64,000 nucleotides of DNA, from positions 1,848 through 65,847 of the forward strand of contig LNDR01000414.1 of the NCBI GenBank assembly GCA_001464755.1, in the 5' to 3' direction. The position numbers and the translations under genes are program-made. This document shows, in pieces, positions 25,774-34,783 of this stretch; positions within the stretch are counted from its first letter, which is position 1, and the number at the start of each line of letters is the position of its first letter. The notes beneath the pieces were generated by a model. The model was not told the DNA's origin. It did not search any database and saw only the letters and a program-made list of their open reading frames with translations. This DNA comes from Rhizobiales bacterium Ga0077524. GTDB taxonomy: Bacteria > Pseudomonadota > Alphaproteobacteria > Rhizobiales > Hyphomicrobiaceae.

Positions 25774-27888
25774 ATGCGGCCTGACCCGCTGAACCCGCTG
25801 TTTGCCTCCGCCGAGAGCCTCACCGGCATCGGTCCGCGGCTGATAGTGCTTTTGCGCAAGGCGCTGGCGTTGCCGCCCGGAGTGACCGAGCCGCGCGTCG
25901 TGGACCTGCTCTGGCATCTGCCGGCTGGCGTCATCGATCGGCGCGCCGAGCCCTCCGTCGCCGAGGCGCTGCCCGGCACCATCGCCACCCTCAAGGTGCG
26001 GGTGCTTAAGCATCGGGGACCGCCCCGGGGCAACACGAAAGCCCCCTACAAGGTCTCGACCGAGGACGACACGGGACGGCTTGACCTCGTCTTTTTTCAT
26101 GCAGAGCGCCGCTTCATCGAGGCGCAACTGCCGGAGGGCGAGATCCGCTATGTCTCAGGTCGCGTCGAGCGCTACGGCGACACCCTCCAGATGGCGCATC
26201 CGGACTACATCGTGGCACCCGAGCGCCGTGGCGATCTACCGATGCTGGAGCCCGTTTATGGGCTCACGGCCGGTCTCTCGAGCAAGGTGCTCGGCAAAGC
26301 CATGCGGCAGGCGGCGACGGGCGTCGCGGTTCTCAACGAGTGGCAAGAGGTTGATTGGCTCGCGCAGCGCGCCTGGCCCTCCTTCAACGAAGCCCTGCGG
26401 CGCCTGCACACACCGACGGATGCCGCTGACATCTCGGCGGCCGCACCTCCTCGCCAGCGGCTCGCCTACGACGAGCTTCTTGCAGGCCAACTGGCGCTCG
26501 GCCTCGTTCGTCAAGGCGCGCGCCAGCGGCCCGGCCGCTCGACCGTTGGGGATGGGCGCATTCGCACGCGAATCAAGGCTGCGTTGCCGTTCTCGCTGAC
26601 CAATTCGCAGATCTCGGCCCTCGTCGAGATCGAAGCCGATATGGCTGCTACAACCCGCATGCAACGGCTCCTGCAAGGCGACGTCGGCTCGGGCAAGACT
26701 TTGGTCGCGCTGATGGCGATGGCAATCGCGGTCGAGGCCGGAGGGCAAGCGGCCCTGATGGCACCCACCGAGGTGCTCGCCCGCCAGCATGCGGAGACCA
26801 TTCTCCCGATCTGCGCGGCTGCGGGCCTCCGCGTGGGGCTCCTCACCGGTCGCGAGAAGGGCCGTTCCCGAGCCGCCGTCCTCACCCGCCTCGTGGAGGG
26901 TGAGATCGATATTCTCGTCGGGACGCACGCGCTGTTCCAGCCGGACGTCGTCTATCGCGATCTCGCCTTCGTCGTCATCGACGAGCAGCACCGCTTCGGT
27001 GTCCACCAGCGCATGGCTTTGCAGGCGAAGGGCGGCACGGAGGGCGTCAACGTGCTCGCCATGACCGCAACGCCGATTCCGCGCACCCTCCTGATGACCC
27101 ACTACGGCGACCTCGACGTCTCCCGGCTCACCGAGAAACCGGCCGGTCGCAAGCCCATCACAACCACTCTCGTTTCGACCGAGCGTATCGCCGAGGTGAT
27201 CGAGGGTTTGAAACGGGCGCTGGGCCAGGGCGCCCAGATCTACTGGGTCTGCCCACTGATCGAGACGAGCGACGTTTCTGATCTCGCCGCCGCCGAGGAG
27301 CGCGCCGCCCATCTCGCGCAGACGTTCGGCGACAAGGTCGGCCTCATTCACGGGGCGATGGCGGGCCCGGCCAAGGACAAGGTGATGGAGGCCTTCTCGA
27401 CGGACGAGCTGAAGATCCTCGTCGCCACCACCGTGATCGAGGTCGGCGTCAACGTCCCGAATGCCTCGATCATGGTGATCGAGCATGCCGAGCAGTTCGG
27501 CTTGGCGCAGCTGCATCAGCTTCGTGGGCGTGTTGGACGTGGCAGCCGGCAATCCTTCTGCATCCTTCTCTGGAGGGGCCCGCTCGGAGAGGCCGCGCGT
27601 GCCCGCCTCGAGATGATGCGCGATACCGAGGACGGGTTCCTGATCGCGGAGAAGGATCTCGAGCTTCGCGGCGGCGGCGAGGTCATGGGGGCCAGGCAAT
27701 CGGGCGCACCCGAGTTTCGCGTGGCCGAAGTGCCGGGCTTCGAGGAACTGCTGGCAGCCGCGCGCGACGACGCCCGCCTCGTTCTCAACGCCGATCCCAA
27801 TTTGACGAGCCCGCGCGGCGAGGCGCTGCGCGCGCTTCTCTATCTGTTCGAGCAGGACGAGGCTGTGCGGTTGTTCCGAGCGGCCTGA
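25774..27888 (+). CDS. recG: ATP-dependent DNA helicase RecG
   Basis: Wedge/OB N-terminal region, helicase motifs GDVGSGKT, DEQHRFG, MTATPIPRT, QLRGRVGRG, and a C-terminal TRG-like region. 704 aa. Confidence 0.92.
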   Translation: MRPDPLNPLFASAESLTGIGPRLIVLLRKALALPPGVTEPRVVDLLWHLPAGVIDRRAEPSVAEALPGTIATLKVRVLKHRGPPRGNTKAPYKVSTEDDTGRLDLVFFHAERRFIEAQLPEGEIRYVSGRVERYGDTLQMAHPDYIVAPERRGDLPMLEPVYGLTAGLSSKVLGKAMRQAATGVAVLNEWQEVDWLAQRAWPSFNEALRRLHTPTDAADISAAAPPRQRLAYDELLAGQLALGLVRQGARQRPGRSTVGDGRIRTRIKAALPFSLTNSQISALVEIEADMAATTRMQRLLQGDVGSGKTLVALMAMAIAVEAGGQAALMAPTEVLARQHAETILPICAAAGLRVGLLTGREKGRSRAAVLTRLVEGEIDILVGTHALFQPDVVYRDLAFVVIDEQHRFGVHQRMALQAKGGTEGVNVLAMTATPIPRTLLMTHYGDLDVSRLTEKPAGRKPITTTLVSTERIAEVIEGLKRALGQGAQIYWVCPLIETSDVSDLAAAEERAAHLAQTFGDKVGLIHGAMAGPAKDKVMEAFSTDELKILVATTVIEVGVNVPNASIMVIEHAEQFGLAQLHQLRGRVGRGSRQSFCILLWRGPLGEAARARLEMMRDTEDGFLIAEKDLELRGGGEVMGARQSGAPEFRVAEVPGFEELLAAARDDARLVLNADPNLTSPRGEALRALLYLFEQDEAVRLFRAA

Positions 27889-27992
27889 TGTGAGATTTCT
27901 GCCGGCCTCTGCATGCGTTGCCATTGGCTGAGACGCCAGACCTGCGTAGTGTTTCCGCTTTCGAGCAACCTGCGACGCAAGGAGCAACCGCT

Positions 27993-28817
27993 ATGGCCCT
28001 CACCCTCGATGGCGACCTCGTTCTGGCCGGTGCCGGCAACATGGGTGGCGCCATGCTGACCGGTTGGCTCGCGGGCGGCCTCGACCCCAAGCGCATCGTC
28101 GTCCAGGACCCGTCCCCGTCACCAGCCGTGGCGGCACTTCTCGCCAAGCACGGGATTACGGCTCATTCGACGATGCCGGATCGGGGGCGTCCTCCATCCG
28201 TGCTTTTGATGGCGGTGAAGCCGCAGGTCATGGACGAGGTGTTCCCGCCCCTGGCGAAACGCGCCGGGCCCGGCACACTGGTCCTCTCGATCGCGGCTGG
28301 CAAAACGATCGCCAGCTTCGAGCGACATCTGGCGCCGGGGATTGCCGTCGTCCGCTCGATACCGAATACGCCGGCCGCGGTCGGGCGCGGGATCACGGTG
28401 GCGGCGCCCAACCAGCATGTGACTCCAGCCCACCGTGCCCTCTGCGACGCCCTCCTCGGAGCTATCGGCGAGGTCGGCTGGGTCGACGACGAGGCCCTGA
28501 TCGACCCCGTTACTGCGGTCTCGGGCTCAGGTCCGGCCTACGTGTTCTATCTGACAGAGTGCCTCGCGGCCGCCGGTGTCAAAGCCGGCATTTCCCCCGA
28601 GCTTGCCATGCGCCTCGCCCGCGCGACGGTGGCCGGCTCCGGAGAGCTGATGCGCCAATCCGAGCTTGGCCCGGATCAGCTCCGCAAGAATGTAACGTCG
28701 CCGAACGGCACCACATATGCGGCGCTCCAGGTCCTCATGAGCGACAAGGGACTTGAGCCCCTGATGACCGAGGCGATTGCGGCTGCAACTCGTCGCTCGC
28801 GCGAACTGGCGAGCTGA
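27993..28817 (+). CDS. proC: pyrroline-5-carboxylate reductase
   Basis: NADP-binding motif in the N terminus LVLAGAGNMGGAML, C-terminal motif VTSPNGTTYAAL. ATG at 27993. Confidence 0.9.
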   Translation: MALTLDGDLVLAGAGNMGGAMLTGWLAGGLDPKRIVVQDPSPSPAVAALLAKHGITAHSTMPDRGRPPSVLLMAVKPQVMDEVFPPLAKRAGPGTLVLSIAAGKTIASFERHLAPGIAVVRSIPNTPAAVGRGITVAAPNQHVTPAHRALCDALLGAIGEVGWVDDEALIDPVTAVSGSGPAYVFYLTECLAAAGVKAGISPELAMRLARATVAGSGELMRQSELGPDQLRKNVTSPNGTTYAALQVLMSDKGLEPLMTEAIAAATRRSRELAS

Positions 28818-28942
28818 CGGAGGCCCCGGCACGCTGTCCTCGGGAACATTAACTCGTTGAGCGGTAACAGGTGGGCGGATTACGCCAGGAAGAGTAGGTT
28901 CACGGACAAAACGAGCCCTACAATGCACGCGTTGCCGAGGAC

Positions 28943-29576
28943 ATGATGCTCAATCCGTTCAAGCGTCCGACAAAAGTCGAGATGCATGACAACCGATTCC
29001 GGAACGCCCGCTTCGCGCGCTTTCTCCAGATCGTCGACGAGGTGACCCAGCCCGGCCGCCCGGTGCGCATTCTCGACGTCGGCGGAACGGTCGATACCTG
29101 GACCTCGAAGTCGGATCTGTGGGCTGGGCGGGATGTGCGCATCACTCTGCTCAACATGTTCCCGCAGACCCCACCCGACGATCGCTTCGTCTGCCTCGAG
29201 GGCAGTGCCTGTGCGAATGGGCTCGACGACAACGCTTTCGACGTCATCTACTCGAACTCGGTGATCGCAGATGGCGTCGGAGATCCGCAGACTGGCGCCG
29301 CGCTATTTCATCCAGACGCCGAACTATTGGTTTCCGGTGGAGGCCCACTCACGCTTCCCCCTATTCAACATCCTGCCCGAGCCATGGCGCCTCGTCCTGC
29401 TGCTGAAGCGTGGGGCGGGCTTTTATGCCAAGTCCAAGAACATCGATGAAGCGATGGCCTTCATCGAGGACGCGACGCTGCTCGACCACCGGCGCTTCCA
29501 CTACCTATTTCCGGACGCGACCATCGAGCGCGAGCGGGTGATGGGGCTGACCAAGTCGCTGATCGCTATCCGTTAG
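28943..29576 (+). pseudogene. class I SAM-dependent methyltransferase disrupted by an out-of-frame internal deletion
   Basis: The N-terminal part (frame of 28943) has SAM motif I (VRILDVGG) and FDVIYSNSVI, then runs into nonsense. The C-terminal part (MASEIRRLAPRYFIQTPNYWFPVEAH...GLTKSLIAIR) continues in the +1 frame from 29271. The expected EH-V-G segment after SNSVI is missing. Confidence 0.6.
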
Positions 29577-29607
29577 GTATCTGCGCGCTGGGCTGACCGT
29601 CGGACCA

Positions 29608-29641
29608 CCCAGTCTTCACAAATGCGCCCAGTCCTCACAAT
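29608..29641. repeat. 14-bp direct repeat, 20-bp period (CCCAGTCTTCACAA / CCCAGTCCTCACAA)
   Basis: Copies at 29608-29621 and 29628-29641 match at 13 of 14 positions. They lie between convergent genes, and the second copy overlaps the ispDF stop codon. Confidence 0.5.
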
Positions 29642-30819
29642 GGGCCTGGCATCACGACGGTAGCAGCGGCCATTGCGGCGATACCTTCGCGGCGCCCCGT
29701 GAAGCCGAGGCCCTCAGTCGTCGTCGCCTTGACGCCGACGCGGCCCACCTCGATCGCCAGCATGTCGGCGATCGACGCGCGCATCGCCTCGCGGTGTGGG
29801 CCGATCTTCGGCACCTCGCAGAGGATGGTCAGATCGATATTCCCGATGCGCCCGCCGAGAGCCCGCACGCGGCGAGCCGCATCCTCGAGGAAAATCCGCG
29901 ACGCCGCGCCTCTCCACTTGGCGTCGCTGGGCGGGAAATGCTGGCCGATGTCGCCATCGCCGATGGCGCCGAGAAGGGCGTCGGTAATGGCGTGAAGCGC
30001 AACATCCGCGTCCGAATGACCCTCCAGCCTTTGACTGTGCGCGATCCGCACACCTCCGAGCCAAACATGGTCGCCCTCGGTGAAGCGATGGACATCGAAG
30101 CCGGTCCCCGTGCGGACATCCGGCAGGCAAGGGGCGCTCAGCTCGCGTTCGGCCACAATGAAGTCCTCCACGGTCGTCAGCTTGCGATTGTGCTCGCGCC
30201 CGGCGACCAGGGCCACGCTTAGGCCCACCCGCTCGGCGACGGCCGCATCATCCGTCAGGTCGTGCTGACCAGCGGCCGCAGCAGCTCGATGGGCCGCGAG
30301 GATCTGGTCGAAGCGGAAGCCCTGCGGCGTCTGTGCGCGCCAGAGGCCAGTGCGTGACACGGTCTCGCTGATGCAGCCGGAAGCATCGCATCGCTTCAGA
30401 GTGTCGGCGACGGCAAGCGCCGGGATCGCCCCGTCGTGCCGGCTCAACGCCTCGATCACGTCAGTGATCAAGAGGCTGTCGACAAATGGCCGAGCCGCAT
30501 CGTGGATCAGCACCCCGTCCGGCCGGTGCGCGGCGAGTGCTTCGAGGCCGGCAAGAACTGAAGCCTGCCGCGTGGCACCTCCGCTGACGGGAGCAAGGAG
30601 GGGACCGGTAAAACCCGCGACGGCACGTTCGTAGTCGGGACTGTCGTTGGCATGAATTGCGACCTGCAGAAGGGAGATCGTCCCCGCACTGTTGAGGGCG
30701 TCCAGCGTCCTGCGCAGGAGTGGCACGCCGGCAAGCGCAACGTACTGCTTTGGGCCCGACCCCACGCCGCGAGCCCGAACTCCCCGCCCTGCCGCAACCA
30801 CCACCGCCGCGATCCGCAC
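29635..30819 (-). CDS. ispDF: bifunctional 2-C-methyl-D-erythritol 4-phosphate cytidylyltransferase / 2,4-cyclodiphosphate synthase
   Basis: IspD N terminus ([13 protein letters not shown]) fused to IspF (GTGFDVHRF...GHSDADV). The GTG at 30819 has AGGAGA 6 nt upstream. The ORF-track start at 30966 is probably an extension. Confidence 0.9.
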   Translation of the reverse strand: MRIAAVVVAAGRGVRARGVGSGPKQYVALAGVPLLRRTLDALNSAGTISLLQVAIHANDSPDYERAVAGFTGPLLAPVSGGATRQASVLAGLEALAAHRPDGVLIHDAARPFVDSLLITDVIEALSRHDGAIPALAVADTLKRCDASGCISETVSRTGLWRAQTPQGFRFDQILAAHRAAAAAGQHDLTDDAAVAERVGLSVALVAGREHNRKLTTVEDFIVAERELSAPCLPDVRTGTGFDVHRFTEGDHVWLGGVRIAHSQRLEGHSDADVALHAITDALLGAIGDGDIGQHFPPSDAKWRGAASRIFLEDAARRVRALGGRIGNIDLTILCEVPKIGPHREAMRASIADMLAIEVGRVGVKATTTEGLGFTGRREGIAAMAAATVVMPGPL

Positions 30820-30936
30820 TGCGTTCTCCTGACGAGATGTTCCAACCCATACCGTCCGGTGCCATAGCCGCGCGCGCGGCCCCACGCAAACGGCAAGGGG
30901 CGACCGCCCAGCGCCGCGCATGGTGATCACAATCAA

Positions 30937-30952
30937 CTTCGCACTTGCGAAG
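30937..30952. promoter_or_regulatory. 16-bp perfect palindrome CTTCGCA-ct-TGCGAAG in the ispDF/dusB divergent region
   Basis: 7-bp arms with a 2-bp spacer, too short a loop for an RNA hairpin, so a dimeric DNA-binding site is more plausible. It lies 72 nt upstream of the dusB ATG and 118 nt upstream of the ispDF GTG. Confidence 0.25.
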
Positions 30953-31023
30953 CGACTGGTGTGCACCTAGATTGCCACAAGATCGGGCAGTCACGCGCAG
31001 CGCCCAATAATCAGGCATGAGAG

Positions 31024-32055
31024 ATGCGGGACCATCCAACCTCCGACAGTCGCCCGAGCACGGGATCGCTCGTTATCGGGTCGCATACGCTTGAAAACCC
31101 CGTGCTGTTGGCCCCCATGTCAGGGGTGTCGGACCTTCCGTTCCGGCATGCCGTGGCCCGTCTGGGAGCGGGCCTTGTCGTATCCGAAATGGTGGCGAGC
31201 CGGGAGCTCGTCTCCGCACGCCCCGACGTCGTCCGCCGCGCGGCGGGACGTGGACTGGCACCGAATGTCATACAACTCGTCGGCTGCGAGGCACGGTGGA
31301 TGGCCGAGGGGGCCAGGATCGCCGAGGACCAGGGCGCCCACATCATCGACATCAACATGGGCTGTCCCTCCCGAGAGGTTACCGGGCGGCTTTCCGGCAG
31401 CGCTCTGATGCGCGACCCCGAGTTGGCGCTGTCGCTGATCGAGGCTGTGGTTGGCGCCGTCAAAGTGCCCGTCACGCTCAAGATGCGGCTTGGCTGGGAT
31501 GATAAATCCTTGAATGCCGCCGATATCGCCCGAAGCGCCGAGGCCGCGGGAATCCGCCTCGTAACCGTCCACGGCCGCACACGGTGCCAATTCTTCAAAG
31601 GCTCCGCCGACTGGGCGAAGGTTGCAGCTGTGAAGTCGGCCGTGTCCATTCCCATCATCGTCAACGGCGATATCGCAACGCCCGACGAAGCCCGCACCGC
31701 ACTGGCCCGCTCCGGCGCCGATGGCGTCATGATCGGTCGCGGCGCATACGGTGCTCCGTGGCAGCCGGGGCGCATCGCGACCGCACTGGTGACCGGCACC
31801 GATCCCGGCCCGCCGTCACTCGCCGAGCAGGGTCGCATCGCCGTCGCACACATCGAATCGATGCTGTTCCACTACGGGCGCACGCTCGGCTTGAAGAATG
31901 CCCGCAAGCATGTCGGTTGGTACCTCGCATCGAGCGGGCGCCCCGCAGCGACGGTCAAGTCATGGCGCCGTCGTTTGTGCACAGAGGAAAGTCCCAGCCG
32001 CCTCGTCGGCGGTATCTCCCGCTACTACGCCGAAGCCATGGAGATGGCGGCATGA
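31024..32055 (+). CDS. dusB: tRNA-dihydrouridine synthase B
   Basis: Dus TIM-barrel motifs ([27 protein letters not shown]). The stop overlaps the ntrB start (ATGA). Confidence 0.9.
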   Translation: MRDHPTSDSRPSTGSLVIGSHTLENPVLLAPMSGVSDLPFRHAVARLGAGLVVSEMVASRELVSARPDVVRRAAGRGLAPNVIQLVGCEARWMAEGARIAEDQGAHIIDINMGCPSREVTGRLSGSALMRDPELALSLIEAVVGAVKVPVTLKMRLGWDDKSLNAADIARSAEAAGIRLVTVHGRTRCQFFKGSADWAKVAAVKSAVSIPIIVNGDIATPDEARTALARSGADGVMIGRGAYGAPWQPGRIATALVTGTDPGPPSLAEQGRIAVAHIESMLFHYGRTLGLKNARKHVGWYLASSGRPAATVKSWRRRLCTEESPSRLVGGISRYYAEAMEMAA

Positions 32056-33212
32056 ACCCATCAGACCCGCCGCCGGCCCTACCGCCGGGCGTCACCACCT
32101 CGCGCCGCCATGTCGCGCACGACCTGCTGCTGGCGGCCCTTCCGCACCCGATCCTGGTCCTCGCCGAAGATCAGCGGGTGATTTACGCCAACACGGCTGC
32201 CGAGGTCTTCTTCGAATCGAGCCAGGCCTTGCTCAAGCGCCAGCGCCTCGAAGAGATCGTTGCATTCGGCTGTCCCCTGGTTGCACTGGTGCGCGAGGTG
32301 CACCGGACGGGCTTCACCATCAACGAGTACGGTGTCGGCATCGCCACGCCGAAGAGCCAAACCCAGCGCATCGTCGACATTCATTCGGGTCCCCTTCCCG
32401 AGAGCCCCGAGCTGACGCTCGTCATGCTGCAGCAGCGCTCGATGGCCCAGATGATCGAGCGCCAATTGACCCACAGGGCGGCCGCCCGCTCCGTCTCGGG
32501 CCTCGCCGCCATCCTCGCCCACGAGATCAAGAACCCGCTCTCCGGCATTCGCGGCGCGGCCCAACTGCTCGAGCCTGGCCTCTCCGAGGAGGATCGCCCG
32601 CTCGCCGAGCTGATTTGCACCGAGACCGATCGCATCAAGAACCTGGTCGACCGCATGGAGGTGTTCGGCGACGAGCGCCCTCTCGTGACCGAGGCGGTCA
32701 ACATTCACGCCATTCTGGACCACGTTGCGCGCCTCGCCGCCACCGGCTTTGCGCGAAACATCCGGATCGTCACCGAGTACGACCCTTCACTACCGCCCGT
32801 AACGGTCAATCGTGACAAGCTGATCCAGGCCTTCCTCAATCTGGTGAAGAACGCTGCCGAGTCGATCGGAGAGAAGGCAGAGGCAGGACGCATCGTGCTG
32901 CGCACGGCTTTCCGGCCCGGTGTCCGAATGGCGGTCAAGGGCAGTCGCGATCGCGTCTCCCTGCCACTGTGCATCGAGGTCGAAGACGACGGCCCCGGCG
33001 TGCCGGAGGCCATGCGGCCGCACCTGTTCGATCCGTTCGTCACCTCGAAGCGTACCGGAACGGGGCTGGGCCTCGCGCTGGTCGCAAAGATCATCGGCGA
33101 CCACGGCGGCATCATCGAGTGTGAGTCAGAGCCGCCCCGGACCATCTTCCGCGTTCTGCTGCCGCTCGAGGAGCGAGCCGGCCGCAGGAGCCCCCGACAC
33201 GAGCGAGGATAA
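32052..33212 (+). CDS. ntrB: nitrogen regulation sensor histidine kinase NtrB
   Basis: PAS-like N terminus, H-box [18 protein letters not shown] and G boxes ([25 protein letters not shown]). No TM segments. Position between dusB and ntrC. Confidence 0.9.
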   Translation: MNPSDPPPALPPGVTTSRRHVAHDLLLAALPHPILVLAEDQRVIYANTAAEVFFESSQALLKRQRLEEIVAFGCPLVALVREVHRTGFTINEYGVGIATPKSQTQRIVDIHSGPLPESPELTLVMLQQRSMAQMIERQLTHRAAARSVSGLAAILAHEIKNPLSGIRGAAQLLEPGLSEEDRPLAELICTETDRIKNLVDRMEVFGDERPLVTEAVNIHAILDHVARLAATGFARNIRIVTEYDPSLPPVTVNRDKLIQAFLNLVKNAAESIGEKAEAGRIVLRTAFRPGVRMAVKGSRDRVSLPLCIEVEDDGPGVPEAMRPHLFDPFVTSKRTGTGLGLALVAKIIGDHGGIIECESEPPRTIFRVLLPLEERAGRRSPRHERG

Positions 33213-33218
33213 ACTCAA

Positions 33219-34667
33219 ATGGCGCGTGGCACGGTTCTCATCGCGGACGATGACGCAGCGATCCGCACGGTTCTCAATCAGGCCCTCGCGCGCGCCGGCT
33301 ACTCGCCGCGCGCAACGGGCAACGCGGCGACCCTCTGGCGCTGGGCCTCGGAAGGGCAGGGCGACGTCATAATCACCGACGTGGTCATGCCCGACGAGAA
33401 TGCCTTCGACCTCATTCCACGCATCAAGAAAGCCCGCCCCGACCTGCCGATCATCGTGATGAGTGCCCAGAACACGCTCATGACGGCTATTACGGCGGCC
33501 GAGCGCGGCGCGTTCGAGTATCTACCCAAGCCGTTCGATATCGCCGAGGTGGTCTCGATCGTCGGCCGGGCCCTTGCCGAGCCTGGCCGACGCCGCGAGC
33601 GCTCGCCAGAGGCCGAAGGGGACGAACTGCCTATCATCGGTCGCTCGCCGGCGATGCAGGAGATCTATCGCGTCCTCGCGCGCCTGACCCAGACCGACCT
33701 GACGGTGATGATCGCAGGCGAGTCCGGCACCGGCAAAGAGCTTGTCGCCCGCGTTCTCCACGACCATGGCCGGCGCAAGCATGGCCCGTTTGTCGCGCTC
33801 AACATGGCGGCCATTCCCCGCGAGCTGATCGAGAGCGAGCTGTTCGGCCACGAGAAAGGCTCGTTCACCGGCGCCCAGATGCGCAAAGAAGGCCGCTTCG
33901 AGCAGGCCGAAGGTGGCACGTTGTTCCTCGATGAGATCGGCGACATGCCGCTCGAGGCCCAGACCCGGCTCCTCCGTGTTCTCCAAGAAGGCGAATATAC
34001 AACCGTCGGCGGGCGCACCCCGATCCGAACCAATGTGCGCATCATCGCGGCCACGCATCGCGATCTGCGCAACCAGATTCAACAGGGTCTCTTCCGCGAG
34101 GATCTCTACTACCGGTTGAATGTGGTGCCGCTTCGCCTGCCCCCCCTCAGGGAGCGACTGGAGGACATCGGCGACCTTACCCGCCACTTCCTTCGGCAGG
34201 CAGCCCGAGATGGCCTTGGAGAGCGCACGATCACGCCGGCCGCCATCGATTGCCTCAAGCGCCACGCCTGGCCCGGCAACGTCCGCGAGCTGGAGAATGT
34301 GATCCGCCGCCTCGTCGCGCTCTACACCCAGGACACGCTGACGCCCGAGCTTGTCGAAAGCGAACTGGCTGAAGCCACCGCTGCCCCCCGCTCCGACGAT
34401 GGGGCGGGCGAGCCCACGGCACTTTCCGAGATGGTGGAGCGCTATCTGGGCCAACACTTCGCCACGTTCGGCCGGGATTTGCCGCCACCTGGCCTCTATC
34501 GGCGCCTGATCCGGCAAGTCGAGCTACCCTTGATCACGGCAGCGTTGGCCGCGACTCGCGGCAATCAGATCAAGGCAGCGGAGCTGTTGGGTCTCAACCG
34601 CAATACACTCCGTGAGAAGATCCAGACACTGAACATTCAGGTCTTCAAGGGCCCGAACTCGGCTTGA
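33219..34667 (+). CDS. ntrC: sigma-54-dependent response regulator NtrC
   Basis: Receiver domain (DDDAAIR...DVVMPDE), AAA+ domain (GESGTGKE, with GSFTGA as the GAFTGA-loop variant) and a C-terminal Fis-type HTH. Confidence 0.92.
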   Translation: MARGTVLIADDDAAIRTVLNQALARAGYSPRATGNAATLWRWASEGQGDVIITDVVMPDENAFDLIPRIKKARPDLPIIVMSAQNTLMTAITAAERGAFEYLPKPFDIAEVVSIVGRALAEPGRRRERSPEAEGDELPIIGRSPAMQEIYRVLARLTQTDLTVMIAGESGTGKELVARVLHDHGRRKHGPFVALNMAAIPRELIESELFGHEKGSFTGAQMRKEGRFEQAEGGTLFLDEIGDMPLEAQTRLLRVLQEGEYTTVGGRTPIRTNVRIIAATHRDLRNQIQQGLFREDLYYRLNVVPLRLPPLRERLEDIGDLTRHFLRQAARDGLGERTITPAAIDCLKRHAWPGNVRELENVIRRLVALYTQDTLTPELVESELAEATAAPRSDDGAGEPTALSEMVERYLGQHFATFGRDLPPPGLYRRLIRQVELPLITAALAATRGNQIKAAELLGLNRNTLREKIQTLNIQVFKGPNSA

Positions 34668-34783
34668 GTCGAACCCCGCCTGCCAAGCCTCGGCGCCGAT
34701 AATGAAATTCCGGCGGGAGTGCCGAAGTTCAAGCCACTCTTTGGTTTTGCGCGGCTTGACGCCAAAGGGCCGCACGGTTAACG

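Noticed and set aside
21757-26127. ORF-track N-terminal extensions: mfd as 1456 aa, ilvA as 527 aa, A2M as 1868 aa, fabF as 468 aa, and the LLM gene as 544 aa.
   Set aside because: Homology-like sequence begins at internal starts that have RBSs or stop/start overlaps. The mfd extension would run through sdhE in another frame. The extensions are low-complexity sequence.
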